From positions 2,880,001 to 2,944,000 of the forward strand of contig OZ252244.1 in assembly GCA_965249575.1 (NCBI GenBank): DNA of 64,000 bases, in the 5' to 3' direction. This document shows, one piece after another, positions 8,443-17,283 of the stretch. Below the pieces are notes generated by a model, which was not told where the DNA came from, ran no database searches, and saw only the letters and a list, made by a program, of their open reading frames with translations. Numbering within the stretch: position 1 is the stretch's first letter; each line of letters starts with the position of its first letter. Both the position numbers and the translations under genes were made by a program. Origin of the DNA: Gemmatimonadales bacterium. GTDB taxonomy: Bacteria > Gemmatimonadota > Gemmatimonadetes > Gemmatimonadales > GWC2-71-9.

Positions 8443-11112
8443 TCAATCCCCGGATACGGGTGATTCCGCAACGTCCTCCTGTTCCGGGTCCTCCACCGCG
8501 GCACGCACTCGGGTGGCAATGGTGCGCTCTTCCCGGAGCATGTCGATGAGCGCCTCCGCCTGCTTGGCCTGGTAGCTCAGCGTGCCTGCCTTTTCGACGA
8601 CGTGATCCACAAGCGCTTTCTGACCCTGCAACGTCTCGAGACTCGATCGGACGTCGATGTGTAGCGCCTCAACACGAGCGAGCCGCTTTTCGGCGCTGTC
8701 GACCTGCTGCTTCCTCCCCTCGATTGCCCGCGCCGCCTCCTGCGCTTCACGAAGTCTGTCTTGCGTACTGCCGAGCAGCGTACGGGCGTCCTCGATGTCT
8801 TCCTTGGCTGCCGTGATCGATCGGACATCCTCGACGGTCCGCTCGGCCATATCAAACAGCTGCTTGATCTCACTTTGTAGCGCGTCGATGGCAGACCGGC
8901 GCGCGAGGACCTGTTCGAGGGCCTGCCCGACCTCGGCTTCAGCGGTTTCCCACTGGGCGAGCTGCTCCTCGAACTGAGTCATGCGCTGCTCTACGAATCG
9001 CAGGCTGGAACCGCGGTCCTCAAGCTCTCTAGAGAGGCCGTCGAGTCGGTTCGCGCGCTCCTCTGCTCCCGTCAACGCCGTCGAGAGCCTACGGCTCTGC
9101 TCTTCGAGTCGGTGAGCAGCGTCTGCCGCCTCCTGCCGCAGTCCGGAAGCCTGCTTGAGGTGTGCCGAGGCCTGCTCCAGGGCCCCTTGTCGCTGCTCGA
9201 GTTCCTGACCGAGCTGGCGCGTCCGCTCCGCGAGCGTCTCCAGGTTCTTGGATCGGGACTCGAGGGTCGCGATCTCGGTGGAAATCTCCCCGATTCGTCC
9301 CTCGGCTCCGTCCGCCGAGCTTGCCACGGTAGCGATTTGACGGGATATGCGCTCGGCCTCCTCGGCCTGTGTGGTGAGACTTGCCAGGCCGCCCTCCGCC
9401 CCTTCGATGCGGATTTTCAGTGCGTCGCAGCGCGCGTCGAACTCGCCGTTCTGCGTCGCGAGTTGTGCCATCCGGTCCTGCACGTCATCCACCAACTCAC
9501 GGCGTGACTCGATGGCGGACATCGACTCGTTGACTCTCTCCACCTCTCGGCGAACGAAGTCCACCGTCGGTTTCATCCCGTTGAGCTCCTTGACCTGATC
9601 TCGGAGCGACCGGGCCCACACGTCCGCGTTCGCAAGCCACGCCTCGGTTTCGGCATGGCTTTCACGGAGCTTCGTCATCTCCCCGTAGGCCAGCCGAACC
9701 TGCTCGAGACCGTCTCGAACGGCCTCGTCGCTCCGCCTCAGGCCCGACAGGTTCTGGACTGCCGCGTCGATGGTCGGCTGAGACTCCTCGATCCGACCCA
9801 CCCTCAGAGCAATGCCGTCGACGGTCTGCTCGAGCCGCTCGGCCTCGGCTCGCACCGCGCGGACCCGCGCGGCGTCCTCTTCCAGACGGCTCACGTCCTG
9901 GGCTACTGCACTCACCTGCGACGACAGGCTCTGCGCCCGCGATTCGAGCTCCTCAGCGATCTGGGATGATGCGCTCATGGAGCCAAAACGTCTTTCGCAA
10001 TCGGCGAGCGTGCTACGGAGGTCGAGAACCAGCTGGTTTACGGATTCGAGTGCTCGGTTCTCCAAATCGAAACGCTCGACGCTCCGGTCCAGCTCCTTCC
10101 TGAGCTCCGCCAGCCGCCCCCGAGCCGCCCGCTCATGCTCGTCGATCTCCCGCTGGCGCGCTGCAACCTCGTCCGAGCGGGCCAGCACGGCGGTCTGGGG
10201 CTCCCGAGCGTCGGCTAGTTTCTGCTGCATGGCGCTCAAACTCTGCGCGCTGTCTTCTTGTTTTCTGAGCGCCGCGTCGACTTGACGCATCTGCTCCGTA
10301 AGATTCGATGCCTGACCGGCGACGCGGTCCACCATCTCGCGTTGCTGTTCCAGCCCAGCGACCTTCTGCGTCACCTGGTCCGCGAGAGCCTTGAGGACGC
10401 CGATCTGGTGCTTCGCACCGGCCGCGCTCTCCGCCGTCTGGGTCAGCCCCGACAACGCTCCCTCCATTGTTCCAATGCGGGCCTGTGCTTCTTCGATGGA
10501 GCGGAACGACGCCTGACTCGCGGCCTCGAATGCCTCGAGCCGGGATGTTGCCTGTTTTTGCGCACCCATTACCTCGGCCTGTTGTTCCCTCACGCGGCCG
10601 AGTCCGTCACCCACCTCGCGAACCTGGCCCGAAATGCTGTCCGCCTCAGCCCGAAGTTCCTTTAGCGGGCCTTCGACATTGAGAAAGGACGAAAGCTCGT
10701 CTTTCAGGGCAAAGGCCGCGTCCAACTTGTCGCTCAATGCCGCCATCTGAGATTGAATCCTCTCAGCGTCCTCCGCCGAATGTGCGAGCTGGGCCTCGGT
10801 GCGTTTCTGGGATTTTGCGAGGCGATCCGCCTCCTCCTGGGTCGTTGCGATCAGGGGGCGGACGCCGTCGAGCGCGCTGAGCTGTTTCTCGAGGCCCTCT
10901 ACACGATCTACGAGCGACGACACGGCCCTCGCGGATTGAGTGATTGGTGCCGAGAGTCTCTTGAGGTCTTCCCCCGCTCCCTCGGCCCGCGTCACCAGCG
11001 TCTCCAACGCCCCACGTTGCTGCTCGACGCGTTTGACCATCGTCTCGATTTCTTCGATACGGCTGTCCGAAGCCGAGCCGTTGCGGCGCAGGCTTTTCAG
11101 GAACTCGACCAT
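8443..11112 (-). CDS. Large all-coiled-coil protein (889 aa), function unknown
   Basis: Heptad-rich E/Q/L/A/R/S sequence end to end; no Walker A, TM helix or signal peptide; GAGG before ATG. Confidence 0.85.
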   Translation of the reverse strand: MVEFLKSLRRNGSASDSRIEEIETMVKRVEQQRGALETLVTRAEGAGEDLKRLSAPITQSARAVSSLVDRVEGLEKQLSALDGVRPLIATTQEEADRLAKSQKRTEAQLAHSAEDAERIQSQMAALSDKLDAAFALKDELSSFLNVEGPLKELRAEADSISGQVREVGDGLGRVREQQAEVMGAQKQATSRLEAFEAASQASFRSIEEAQARIGTMEGALSGLTQTAESAAGAKHQIGVLKALADQVTQKVAGLEQQREMVDRVAGQASNLTEQMRQVDAALRKQEDSAQSLSAMQQKLADAREPQTAVLARSDEVAARQREIDEHERAARGRLAELRKELDRSVERFDLENRALESVNQLVLDLRSTLADCERRFGSMSASSQIAEELESRAQSLSSQVSAVAQDVSRLEEDAARVRAVRAEAERLEQTVDGIALRVGRIEESQPTIDAAVQNLSGLRRSDEAVRDGLEQVRLAYGEMTKLRESHAETEAWLANADVWARSLRDQVKELNGMKPTVDFVRREVERVNESMSAIESRRELVDDVQDRMAQLATQNGEFDARCDALKIRIEGAEGGLASLTTQAEEAERISRQIATVASSADGAEGRIGEISTEIATLESRSKNLETLAERTRQLGQELEQRQGALEQASAHLKQASGLRQEAADAAHRLEEQSRRLSTALTGAEERANRLDGLSRELEDRGSSLRFVEQRMTQFEEQLAQWETAEAEVGQALEQVLARRSAIDALQSEIKQLFDMAERTVEDVRSITAAKEDIEDARTLLGSTQDRLREAQEAARAIEGRKQQVDSAEKRLARVEALHIDVRSSLETLQGQKALVDHVVEKAGTLSYQAKQAEALIDMLREERTIATRVRAAVEDPEQEDVAESPVSGD

Positions 11113-11302
11113 AGGAACCTCACTGGCTGCTCGTTATTCGTTGATGCGATTGACTGGAAGCGCTCGTCCGCGAGTGCCGGACATTTCTCAACGCCTCCTC
11201 TGATTATCGACGGCAGGGAGGCTGCGCTGGAGCTAGTGAATGGCGAGCCTATCGAGCGACGCCCCACCCGGGATGAACATCAGGAGAGGAGGCGGGAGTA
11301 AC

Positions 11303-11318
11303 CGTGACATAACTCACG
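11303..11318. promoter_or_regulatory. CRP/FNR-family-like palindromic operator
   Basis: CGTGA-cataac-TCACG is a perfect inverted repeat matching the TGTGA-N6-TCACA geometry, in the intergenic gap. Confidence 0.45.
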
Positions 11319-11508
11319 ATTGGGCCTCGAACTCGTTTTTGGGGCTGAGTCCGCTCGATGGGAGAGCCGGGCAATCCGCTCAAATCTAAGCTGGAACGCT
11401 ACTTGGAGGCCTCAATGTCTGACTCGAACGAGATTCGTGTTGGAGATCTAGCGAGGTGCTTAGAGGGGGTAAATCGTCAGTGAACGGTTCAGATGCCGGA
11501 TGTTCACG

Positions 11509-12576
11509 TCACCCCGGCCCGGCGGCACCCAACAAACAGCAGTCGACGGGACAGACGTCGTGATTGGGGCCCCGCGTCCCGAGTGCCGGGCGCTCAGAAT
11601 TCCTTGTCATCCGCTCGACGATGAGGTCGCGGATCATGCTGACGAACCGCGGGGCGGTACCGACTGTCGGGACTCGCACCATGTTCAGACCCAGCACCTC
11701 CGCCTTTTCCTTCGCCTCCGAATCCAGATCGTACAGCACTTCGATGTGATCCGAGATGAAGCCAATGGGTACGACCAGCACGTCGGTGACCCCGCGCCCA
11801 CGTGCTTCGTCCAGGAAGTTCAGAATATCGGGCTCCAACCAGGGGATCTGGGGCGGGCCGCTCCGGCTCTGGTAGGCCAGTGCATGGTCCCTCGATCCGG
11901 CGCCCGCGGCCACCAGGGCGCACGCGTCGGCGAGTTGTGCCTCGTAGTCACAGGCCTGGGCCATGGCCTGCGGGACGCTATGCGCCGTAAACGCGACCAG
12001 CGCGCCGGCGCGGCGGCTGTCGGGAATGCGCTGCAGGGCATTCGTCAGGTTTAGGACGTTCGGCTCGATGAAACCGGGGTGATTGTAGAAACACCGGATT
12101 TTGTCGATTTCCGGTGCTCCCTCTCCCACTTCGCCCTGGGCCTTGAGGATGTCCTCGCGGTACTGCCGACACCCGGAGTAGACGCTAAACGCGGATGTCA
12201 CGAACGCGATTGCACGGCGCACGCCGTCGTCGCGCATGTTACGCAGCGTGTCGGCTACCAATGGATGCCAGTTTCGGTTGCCGAAGTACACGGGCAGATC
12301 CGGCCCCCGAGACTCGAGCTCCACCCGCAGGGCTCGGCACAGAGCACGGTTCTGCTCGTTGAGGGGGCTCACCCCCCCGAAGCGTTCGTAGTGTCGCGCA
12401 ACCTCGGTGAGACGTTCCCGGGGGACTCGCCGGCCCCTCACCACGTTCTCGAGAAAAGGCATGACGTCGTCCGTTCCCTCAGGTCCTCCGAACGACATCA
12501 CGAGCACCGCGTCGTACTCACGGGTTTCGTCGTCGAACTTCGGAGCATCGGGTCGGGGCGCGCCGGAGATCGTCAT
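11509..12576 (-). CDS. hemH: Ferrochelatase (HemH/CpfC type)
   Basis: SFGGPEG..DVMPFLENV, GGVSP, GNRNWHP, FTAHSVP, YQSRSGPP..PWLEPD, PIGFISDHIEVLYDLD. Confidence 0.96.
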   Translation of the reverse strand: MTISGAPRPDAPKFDDETREYDAVLVMSFGGPEGTDDVMPFLENVVRGRRVPRERLTEVARHYERFGGVSPLNEQNRALCRALRVELESRGPDLPVYFGNRNWHPLVADTLRNMRDDGVRRAIAFVTSAFSVYSGCRQYREDILKAQGEVGEGAPEIDKIRCFYNHPGFIEPNVLNLTNALQRIPDSRRAGALVAFTAHSVPQAMAQACDYEAQLADACALVAAGAGSRDHALAYQSRSGPPQIPWLEPDILNFLDEARGRGVTDVLVVPIGFISDHIEVLYDLDSEAKEKAEVLGLNMVRVPTVGTAPRFVSMIRDLIVERMTRNSERPALGTRGPNHDVCPVDCCLLGAAGPG

Positions 12577-12732
12577 GGTCCTACCGTTTCCCAATCAAGC
12601 GCTCAAGTCCGCTTGGACGTGGAACGGACGATGATGAGACTGTAAGATAATCAGAGCCGAGGCATAGCCGCCGTTGACTTGAACGATGCGGAAGACCACT
12701 CTATTCCCCCACCCAATCCAGTGGAGCCACCC

Positions 12733-14106
12733 ATGCGACTCGCAGCGAGCTCAGTCTGTGCCATTGCCGTGAGCGTGGCCATATCGCTCCCCGCCGAATC
12801 CCAGGAGCGGGTGACGGCGATCAAAGCTCGCCAGATCATCGACGGAACAGGCGGCCCGCCGATCGCAGACGGTATCGTGATCGTTCGGGGTGACCGCATC
12901 GAGTCGGTGGGTACGGCCGCATCCATCAGTGTGCCATCCGGCGCCGACGTCGTGGACTTGGGCGCGGAGACCCTCCTGCCGGGGCTCATCGATACGCACG
13001 GCCATTTGAGCTTGCGTTTTGGGCTGCCGGGCCTGGGGTTGGGGGCGCAACAGTCTCAGGCGGACGGAATCCAGATGTTGCGCATGGTTCGGGACGCGCG
13101 GGTCGCCCTCCTGTGCGGAGTGACGACTATGCGCATGACGGGGGAATCTCACTGGAACGATCTCCACATCAAGCAAGCAATCGAGCGCGGTGTGGTGCCG
13201 GGACCTCGCATGATTTTGGGTGGGGCCGGAATCAGCTCGACTGGCGGCCACGGCTCGCCCGAGGCTTGGGTCGATGGTCCGTGGGAAGCGGTCAAGCAGG
13301 TTCGGGAGCATTTCGCCGGGGGGGCCGAGTGGTTCAAGGTGCGGTTGATCGACCGCACGCCGGAAGCCACGCTGTTCACCTTGGAAGAGCTGACGGCCGT
13401 CGTTGACGAAGCACACCGCTTGGGCATCAAGGTCACGGCACACGCAACGGGTCGCTGGGGCTCCTCCATCCGAACGGCGATCCAGGCCGGGGTGGACAAC
13501 ATCGAGCACGCCCGGCCTATGAGCGAAGAGATCATCCAAATGATGGTCGAGCACGGAACGACCGTGAGCCTCACGCCACTCGTGTACGTGGGGTTCCGGC
13601 CGGACGCGACGACATGGACCTACATGGACCAGGGTGCGACTGGCCCCGCCGACTGGATCGAATACGGGCGCAAGCAATTCTTCGATTTCAGACGCGCGCA
13701 TCCCGAAATCGAGGCGGAAGACCGGCCCTACGTGAGTGCGGACCCAACGCGCGCCGGGCGTGACTTCTTCCCCTCCATCCAAACCCAGCAAGGCCAGGCG
13801 TTGGCCGCTCATCGCGCCGGGGTGCGGGCGAGCCTCGGCCTCGACACCGTGTACTACGGAGCGATTGGCAACGTGATCGAGTTCTTCATCGAGGGTGGTT
13901 TCTCTCCGATGGACGCGATCCGAGCCGCCACGGCAGTCGCGGCCGAGAACATTGGATATGGGGATCGAATCGGTACGATCGAATCTGGAAAGTTCGCCGA
14001 CTTGATTTCGTTGCGTGCGGATCCCCTCACCGAACGGTGGGCTTGGGGGAAAGTGCATCTCGTGATGAAGAACGGGCAGCGGTACGACGGACTGACCTGG
14101 AACTGA
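12733..14106 (+). CDS. Exported amidohydrolase-family protein (prolidase/imidazolonepropionase-like)
   Basis: Signal peptide; LLPGLIDTHGH, GVTTMR, TAHA, NIEHA, GTIESGKFADLI. Confidence 0.9.
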   Translation: MRLAASSVCAIAVSVAISLPAESQERVTAIKARQIIDGTGGPPIADGIVIVRGDRIESVGTAASISVPSGADVVDLGAETLLPGLIDTHGHLSLRFGLPGLGLGAQQSQADGIQMLRMVRDARVALLCGVTTMRMTGESHWNDLHIKQAIERGVVPGPRMILGGAGISSTGGHGSPEAWVDGPWEAVKQVREHFAGGAEWFKVRLIDRTPEATLFTLEELTAVVDEAHRLGIKVTAHATGRWGSSIRTAIQAGVDNIEHARPMSEEIIQMMVEHGTTVSLTPLVYVGFRPDATTWTYMDQGATGPADWIEYGRKQFFDFRRAHPEIEAEDRPYVSADPTRAGRDFFPSIQTQQGQALAAHRAGVRASLGLDTVYYGAIGNVIEFFIEGGFSPMDAIRAATAVAAENIGYGDRIGTIESGKFADLISLRADPLTERWAWGKVHLVMKNGQRYDGLTWN

Positions 14107-14120
14107 GACGCGGCGGTGCC

Positions 14121-14492
14121 CTAGAGGCGCTTCGAGGGTAGACGGAGCGCACGCACCGGCGCTGGCCGGTCGTGGTTGGTACCGCCACCAAGCTGCCCGT
14201 TGTAGTTGGCGGGCACTGGTAGCTGGTATCGTCGTCTGCTGGGCCGGCGCTGACGGCGATGAAAGGCACACCGACGGTAACCTCCTGCGGTCGGTCGCGA
14301 TTCACCGATCGACCGATCTGCCCTAAATCGCCGCGCCCCCAGCAGAGCGCGCCCCCGTTCTGGGTGAGGCCGCAGGTGTGAGCCCCGCCGGCACGGATCC
14401 TCCGGAACCCGATGCCGCCGGATACGGAGTGGGAGACGGCTGTGGTCCCCGGGGATATCGACGCCGAGCTGCCCGCGTGTGTTTGCCCCAGC
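14121..14492 (-). pseudogene. Decayed C-terminal remnant of an RCC1-repeat protein
   Basis: Across shifting frames: (C)WG..GQLG, VSGGIGFRRIRAGGAHTCGLTQNGGALCWGRGDLGQIG, then ANYNGQLGGGTNHDRPAPVR...*; no start codon. Confidence 0.8.
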
Positions 14493-15974
14493 CTACCCGT
14501 ACACGAAGCGTTCGATTTCGCCGTGAATTCGCTGGACGGTTGCCGGTGACGGCGGCCGGGTGAACCGTGAAGTGACGAACGCGACGAGCAGGTTGAGCGC
14601 TACCGCCCAAACGCCACCGTGCAGCCCGAGGGGGTGTGGTGCGAGCACCAGCGTGGCGTGCAGGGTCAGCAGGCCGGTTCCGATCCCGGCGAGCACGCCC
14701 GTCCGAGTGAAGAGGTAGCGGCTCGGAAAGCACACACCCGCAATGGCCGGGCCGAGCTGCAGCGCGCCGGCTCCCGAAAGGGTCACGAGGACCACGAGGA
14801 AATCGAAGGTCGTCACGGAGAGGACATAACCTACGACGAGCAGCCCGACGACGATCATTCGGCCCACCGAGATGAGTTGGGCCTGGGTTGCCCCCGGGGA
14901 GACATACCGCTGGTACACGTCGCGGGTCAGGACGGTCATGTTGGCGTGGAGGATCGAGTCCAGGGTCGACATCGCGGCCGCCGTGGCGCCCGCCAGGATC
15001 ATCCCGGTCAGCCAGGGCGGCGCGTGCGCGAACAGAAGCTCCGGGAAGACGCGGTCTGGGATGGCTAGCCCGGGCATGACCACCGCGCCGCCGAGACCGA
15101 CTAGAGCGGCCGGCATGTACAGGGTGAGGAGATAGATGGGTGTCGTGACCCCTAGCCACTTGATCGTTCGGGCCGAGGCGGCGGAGTAGTAGCGAATCAT
15201 GATGTGTGGCTGAAAGACGATCCCGAACGACAGGACGATCGACAGGCCAAACCACATGCCGGGAGTGAAGAATCCGCGCGGGCCGGGTAGCGTGAGCAGG
15301 TCCGGCCGCCGGGCTGCGACGCTTCTCCAGAGTTCGAGAGGGCCTCCGAAAAGCTCATAGGCCAGTACGAGCGCTCCTACCCAGATCGCCACGTACATCC
15401 AGACTCCCTGGACGGCGTCCGTCCAGTAGACGGCTCGGAGGCCGCCAGCCATGAGGTATGCCGCGGCCACCACCAGCAGGATGAACGTCGCGAGCTCGAA
15501 CGAAACACGTTCTCCCGACGCCACCGAGAGTATGTATCCCAACCCCTGAGCCTGCACCTGGATGTAGAGGATGGTGAACAGCACCGACACCACGGCAACC
15601 GTCACCCGTACGGCTTCACTCTCGTAGAAATCAGCGAGCATGTCGGCGGGGGTGATGTACCGAAAGCGCTTCCCGAGCGCCCAAACCCGCCCACCGAGCA
15701 CGTAGGTGATCGCGCCAACGAGGATCGTCCATGTGCCAGCGTCCCAAAAACCAATGCCGTGGGTGTAGAAGAACCCACTTGAGCCCAAAAAGGCGAATGC
15801 CGAGTGGTAAGTCGCGACGAGGGTGAGGTAGGGAATGACGCCGCCGCCGGCGCGGTTGCCGAGAAAGAAGTCCTCCAGGCTCGGTGTCAGCCGGCGGTTG
15901 GCGACGACCCCGATGCACAACGTCAAGATCAGGTACGCGAAGATTGTACCGGTTGCGACGATCCAAGGCGCCAC
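14493..15974 (-). CDS. Sodium:solute symporter (SSS) family transporter
   Basis: About 13 TM helices; EDFFLGNR, SAFAFLG, GGLRAVYWTDAVQG, AAAMSTLDS. Confidence 0.93.
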   Translation of the reverse strand: MAPWIVATGTIFAYLILTLCIGVVANRRLTPSLEDFFLGNRAGGGVIPYLTLVATYHSAFAFLGSSGFFYTHGIGFWDAGTWTILVGAITYVLGGRVWALGKRFRYITPADMLADFYESEAVRVTVAVVSVLFTILYIQVQAQGLGYILSVASGERVSFELATFILLVVAAAYLMAGGLRAVYWTDAVQGVWMYVAIWVGALVLAYELFGGPLELWRSVAARRPDLLTLPGPRGFFTPGMWFGLSIVLSFGIVFQPHIMIRYYSAASARTIKWLGVTTPIYLLTLYMPAALVGLGGAVVMPGLAIPDRVFPELLFAHAPPWLTGMILAGATAAAMSTLDSILHANMTVLTRDVYQRYVSPGATQAQLISVGRMIVVGLLVVGYVLSVTTFDFLVVLVTLSGAGALQLGPAIAGVCFPSRYLFTRTGVLAGIGTGLLTLHATLVLAPHPLGLHGGVWAVALNLLVAFVTSRFTRPPSPATVQRIHGEIERFVYG

Positions 15975-15975
15975 G

Positions 15976-16230
15976 CTAACGATCCCGGCGCCAGGCCCAG
16001 ATCAAGGTGGCAATCAGGGCGCCGTAGACCACGAGCAGGTATGCGTAGAGAAACGGGAACCCGAATACCCATGGCTCGATGCGGTTCGCGAGTCGGTGGA
16101 CGATAGGCGGTTCCGCCAACGCCAAAATGCTGAGGAACAGCCCCACCCCCAGACGCCCACGAGCGGTCCGCGGAATGTAGTGCGAGCGAAACGTGGGCCG
16201 GTCGTCGACCCTCCCCGGCGTTGAGCTCAT
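15976..16230 (-). CDS. Small two-TM SSS-associated membrane protein (DUF3311/DUF997-like)
   Basis: NRIEPWVFGFPFLY between two hydrophobic helices; overlaps the upstream gene and ends 1 nt before the SSS gene. Confidence 0.8.
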   Translation of the reverse strand: MSSTPGRVDDRPTFRSHYIPRTARGRLGVGLFLSILALAEPPIVHRLANRIEPWVFGFPFLYAYLLVVYGALIATLIWAWRRDR

Positions 16231-16904
16231 TGACGGTTGGCGGAGCGTCCGACTCGGTGCATGGCGTCCCAGAACATCTTCTCGTAGGCCTGAATCAGTC
16301 GGGAGCCCCGCTCGATGAGCCGCGGTTCGACCCCGTCGTCCAGCCCCGCTTGAATGATCTCGAGGGCGGCAGACTCGAACGAAGGCATTTGGACGAACGC
16401 ACCGAGGAAAGCGGAGTCGCTCTTAGTGAAGCCGTGGCGCTCCTTGAGCGCTCGGCTCAGTCGCCCGCAGTTGAATCCCCACGCGTCGAAGTTCACCAGG
16501 AGGCCGCAAGTGACCTCGGCGGCCGAGGCGTAGGCCGACTGCCACGTGACATACGCGGCGTAGGCGAACCCGTCGGGGGTGACCTCATAGGTGTGAAGGT
16601 CGGCCGGATCCATCCCGATCCGCTGTCCGAGCTTTTGCACATTGTCGAGGGCGGCTAGCTCCCCCTGGAGGACCCCCGCGAAAAAATCTCTCGCGGACGT
16701 ATGACCAAATCGTTGAACCAGCAACGCGAAGGCCCTCAGGTCGCTCGTCACCACGTGGTGCTGGTGTCCCGGGAACGCCCTGAGGCCGTCCAGAGTGATT
16801 TCTCCACTTGCGACGGCATCGGGATAGGGGTGCCGGCGGATGTCCCGCTCCGGTCCCTCGAGAGTTCGGCGAATCTCGGTCACAACCCTTTGGGCGTCCG
16901 GCAT
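16227..16904 (-). CDS. TenA/THI-4/PqqC (haem-oxygenase-like fold) protein
   Basis: HPY...V.SG, D.R.FA.L, GE, AYAAY..W, C and YEKMFWD at the C-terminus resemble TenA-like proteins; alternative GTG start at 16970. Confidence 0.75.
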   Translation of the reverse strand: MPDAQRVVTEIRRTLEGPERDIRRHPYPDAVASGEITLDGLRAFPGHQHHVVTSDLRAFALLVQRFGHTSARDFFAGVLQGELAALDNVQKLGQRIGMDPADLHTYEVTPDGFAYAAYVTWQSAYASAAEVTCGLLVNFDAWGFNCGRLSRALKERHGFTKSDSAFLGAFVQMPSFESAALEIIQAGLDDGVEPRLIERGSRLIQAYEKMFWDAMHRVGRSANRQ

Positions 16905-17003
16905 CTTACGACCCTCATCTAGGAGAAGCGAACTGGCGGAGATGGGTTGTCTTCCCGTTACCGAACTCACGACATCGCGCCGGAGGCCGGCCGGATCGCC
17001 GTC

Positions 17004-17033
17004 TTGCCTTGGCGACTAGGCGCGTAGTACCTT
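17004..17033 (+). promoter_or_regulatory. Putative sigma70-type promoter
   Basis: TTGCCT (17004-09), 18-nt spacer, TACCTT (17028-33), directly before the structured unit. Confidence 0.45.
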
Positions 17034-17081
17034 TTGGGCGTTCGCGCCCGATTTATGAACCCTGTGAAAGGAGGTGGTCCA

Positions 17082-17141
17082 TTGTCTGAGTTAACCAGCC
17101 GCAACCTGGTATGGGCAAGCGATCGCCGTACGGGTAACTGA
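17082..17141 (+). CDS. 19-aa small ORF MSELTSRNLVWASDRRTGN (TTG start)
   Basis: Follows AAAGGAGGTG at canonical spacing; too short for the ORF track. Confidence 0.45.
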   Translation: MSELTSRNLVWASDRRTGN

Positions 17142-17210
17142 TCCGGACCGATTCGCAAATTGCGCCGGCTGATGCCTAGAGGCAATCGTGCCGGGTTGCG
17201 ATGGTCACAA

Positions 17211-17256
17211 GGACGACGCTGTCGGATGTTCGGTTCCGGCAGCGTCGTTCTCTTTC
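17211..17256 (+). terminator. Intrinsic terminator closing the small + strand unit
   Basis: 16-bp stem GGACGACGCTGTCGGA/TCCGGCAGCGTCGTTC (2 G-U), 8-nt loop, then TCTTTC. Confidence 0.75.
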
Positions 17257-17283
17257 CGGTATAGCGGTCCGTTGGAAGGTGCT

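Larger units (their letters stand above)
17036..17256 (+). ncRNA. Candidate structured small RNA or sORF mRNA of unrecognised family
   Basis: 5' hairpin GGGCG-UUCG-CGCCC; 16-nt complement of the 16S rRNA 3' end; long-range stem 17100-17111/17189-17200 enclosing two hairpins; terminator; G-U wobbles work only on the + strand. Confidence 0.65.

Noticed and set aside
8443..11112. SMC/SbcC/RecN ATPase or phage tape measure protein
   Set aside because: No Walker motifs, hinge or zinc hook, and no phage genes nearby.
17066..17081. 16S rRNA gene fragment on the - strand (TGGACCACCTCCTTTC)
   Set aside because: Similarity is limited to about 16 nt; the flanks lack helix 44/45 sequence (e.g. AAGTCGTAACAAGG). 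Better read as a + strand anti-16S/SD element.
17036..17256. 6S RNA, SRP RNA, tmRNA or RNase P RNA
   Set aside because: No SRP GGAA-loop motif, tRNA-like ends, RNase P GAGGAAAGTC motif or large two-sided 6S bubble by eye. An Rfam scan is still needed.
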